Shown here piece after piece: positions 62,254-64,000 of a DNA stretch of 64,000 bases; position 1 is the first letter of the stretch, and every line of letters starts with the position of its first letter. The position numbers and the translations under genes are program-made. The DNA is taken from positions 67,032-131,031 of the forward strand of contig FLMG01004571.1 in NCBI GenBank assembly GCA_900088475.1. The letters run 5' to 3'. The stretch comes from Hyphochytrium catenoides. Taxonomy: Eukaryota > Protista > Hyphochytriomycota. Below the pieces are notes generated by a model. It ran no database searches and was not told the origin of the DNA. It saw only the letters and a list, made by a program, of their open reading frames with translations.

Positions 62254-63260
62254 GTGGCCTAAACGCCGCTCGTGGGTAGATCCACCTAGTCTTGCGGTCT
62301 TCTCCCTCTCCCAACCCTTCGTCTCTTCTTCAGGACCTCGCCTCGTCTGTCTTAACCTTGCTTTCGCTGGCTCTTGCCTCTTGAGTTGAATTAAAAAAGT
62401 AGAGGGAAGAGCTTACTTGTGATGGGGATCCACTCTGGGTAAGACCGGCGAGTATGCTGTCGTCAACATCCGCTACTTCGATCCGTTGGGCGGGAGGATG
62501 TTAAAAGCTTGGTAGAAGACAGAGAGTGAACAGAAGTGCGAAGGAAGGGAAGTGGACGACAGGTTGATGAGGATGAGATTAGGGAGGCTATGTTTCTTGA
62601 AGGCGAGGGCTACTTTTGGTGTACGCCAACAACAGCTCCAACAACGATCTGAAGAAGGGCGAAAAGTAACCTTCGGTGATGGAGTGATGTCTCTCCGGGC
62701 CATGCTTCACCATACAACCTCAACACATCAGTCGGTGACGTGTCATCGCCGAGAGGTTTAGTGTGACAGAATGACACTCCGTACATGAAGGGAAGACTCG
62801 CGTAGCATCACCCAATCGACCCGGCCATTGTTAGGACAGACTGACAAACAGTGGACAAGATGCACACAGATAGTTCTATCCAGCTTGTAAGCCTGAAACC
62901 TCTGACCACTTCCATTCCGCCCCCATCAGCCTGTTCCGAGTTGCGACAACCAAAGGCGCACTTTTTTGCTTGCCCAATTTGTCCCTGTGATAATAAACAA
63001 TGCTAGAACTTTGCAACTACGAGAGTTGTGCGCTCCCATGTGCGTACCCTGCTCATGATGATGATCTGTCTCGGGGTTTTTTTAAGTTAGGAACCGGCGC
63101 GAAAACTGTGCCTCTGAGACCAGACTTCAGTCCAATCATCCAATCATCAACATCATCAAAAAGATATTAGAGAGATGCAGATCTAATAAGGGACAGAGAA
63201 GAGATAAGAACGTGAACAGACTCTAATAACGAGGACACAAGGTACATCTTAGAAGTCAAG
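62254..63260. promoter_or_regulatory. Putative bidirectional promoter between the divergent HAD paralogues
   Basis: About 1 kb between two divergent ATGs. CCAAT motifs near 62812 and 62973, and tandem ccaatcat at about 63132-63147. Confidence 0.4.
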
Positions 63261-64000
63261 ATGCCAGAGACAGAAGCAGTAACCTATGTCATTTTTGACA
63301 TGGATGGACTCCTCCTCGGTATGGCTAGGTCGTGATCGCTTTGACCAGATATCATGTCTGTTTCTCATCACTTTTCTAGCTTTCGCCCTCTCACTGTGGA
63401 GACCTCTCCCCTTCTCGGAGCCCTTAAATCTTCTTTGGTGCTCTCTCTCTCTCTCTCACACACACACTCTCTTCCCCCTATCTCTCTCTCTCTCTCCGTG
63501 TCTCTCTCTCCTCGAATTTGTATCATCTTCTCAACTGATCTCAACGTTTCATTACCTTTGAAATCCTTTGTTTGGAGCGCTGCTTTGACATAGTCTTGTG
63601 GCTTCTGAGTAGCGTGACAGCAGAACCCAGTTTCCTCATCATCATCTTTTCCGTGGCCCTTGTAGATACAGAGTCAATCTATACCGCTGCCACCAACAAG
63701 ATAGTGGGCAAGTTTGGGAAGACCTTTGACTGGACGGTGAAGTCGAAAATGATGGGCAAGCGGTAAGATCAGGAGAAGGTGCCAACCGTCTCTCTTGGCT
63801 CAAAGCCTATATCCCCTCCTGGTGTAAGAATCGCCCTCGCTGTTTTTTCTTCCCCTTATACCCTTACACAATTTTGCTCGATATGCTCCTCCACTTCTGC
63901 ATCACCTATCTTGACTGTCTGAGCTTTGGCTGGCGGTCAAACTAGGAGAGATACGCGTCTTATCCGTTGCACCTCACCTCACGTGAACCCCGGCCCTTAT
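63261..64000 (+). CDS. HAD-like phosphatase, HDHD1/PUDP-like, copy 3 (5' part; runs off the window)
   Basis: MPETEAVTYVIFDMDGLLL|DTESIYTAATNKIVGKFGKTFDWTVKSKMMGKR; exons 63261-63318 and about 63666-63762. Confidence 0.92.

Overview
Gene-dense, intron-rich eukaryotic nuclear DNA, most likely from a protist. It has GT-AG introns, many (GA)n/(CT)n microsatellites and three N-gaps. All gene models were spliced by eye. About 20 protein-coding genes are supported: a carnosine-synthase-like ATP-grasp ligase, ERG8/plant-type phosphomevalonate kinase, a PH-domain + two-SNARE-motif (SNAP-25/Qbc-like) protein, a NUDIX Ap4A-hydrolase-like protein, a CCT-motif protein, an EFHC1/RIB72-like DM10 protein, three HDHD1/PUDP-like HAD phosphatases (two as a head-to-head duplicate), TMEM260, CGI121/TPRKB, a RING protein, DPY30, an SLC27/FATP acyl-CoA synthetase, FAM184, and several orphan ORFs including a cysteine-containing secreted protein. 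The most notable observations are the PH-SNAP25-like fusion with two non-glutamine zero layers and no palmitoylation cluster, and a phosphomevalonate kinase that appears to gain an N-terminal membrane anchor through a 17-nt micro-exon. No rRNA, tRNA, CRISPR array or intact transposon was recognised. Family calls rest on motifs recognised from memory; no database searches were run.
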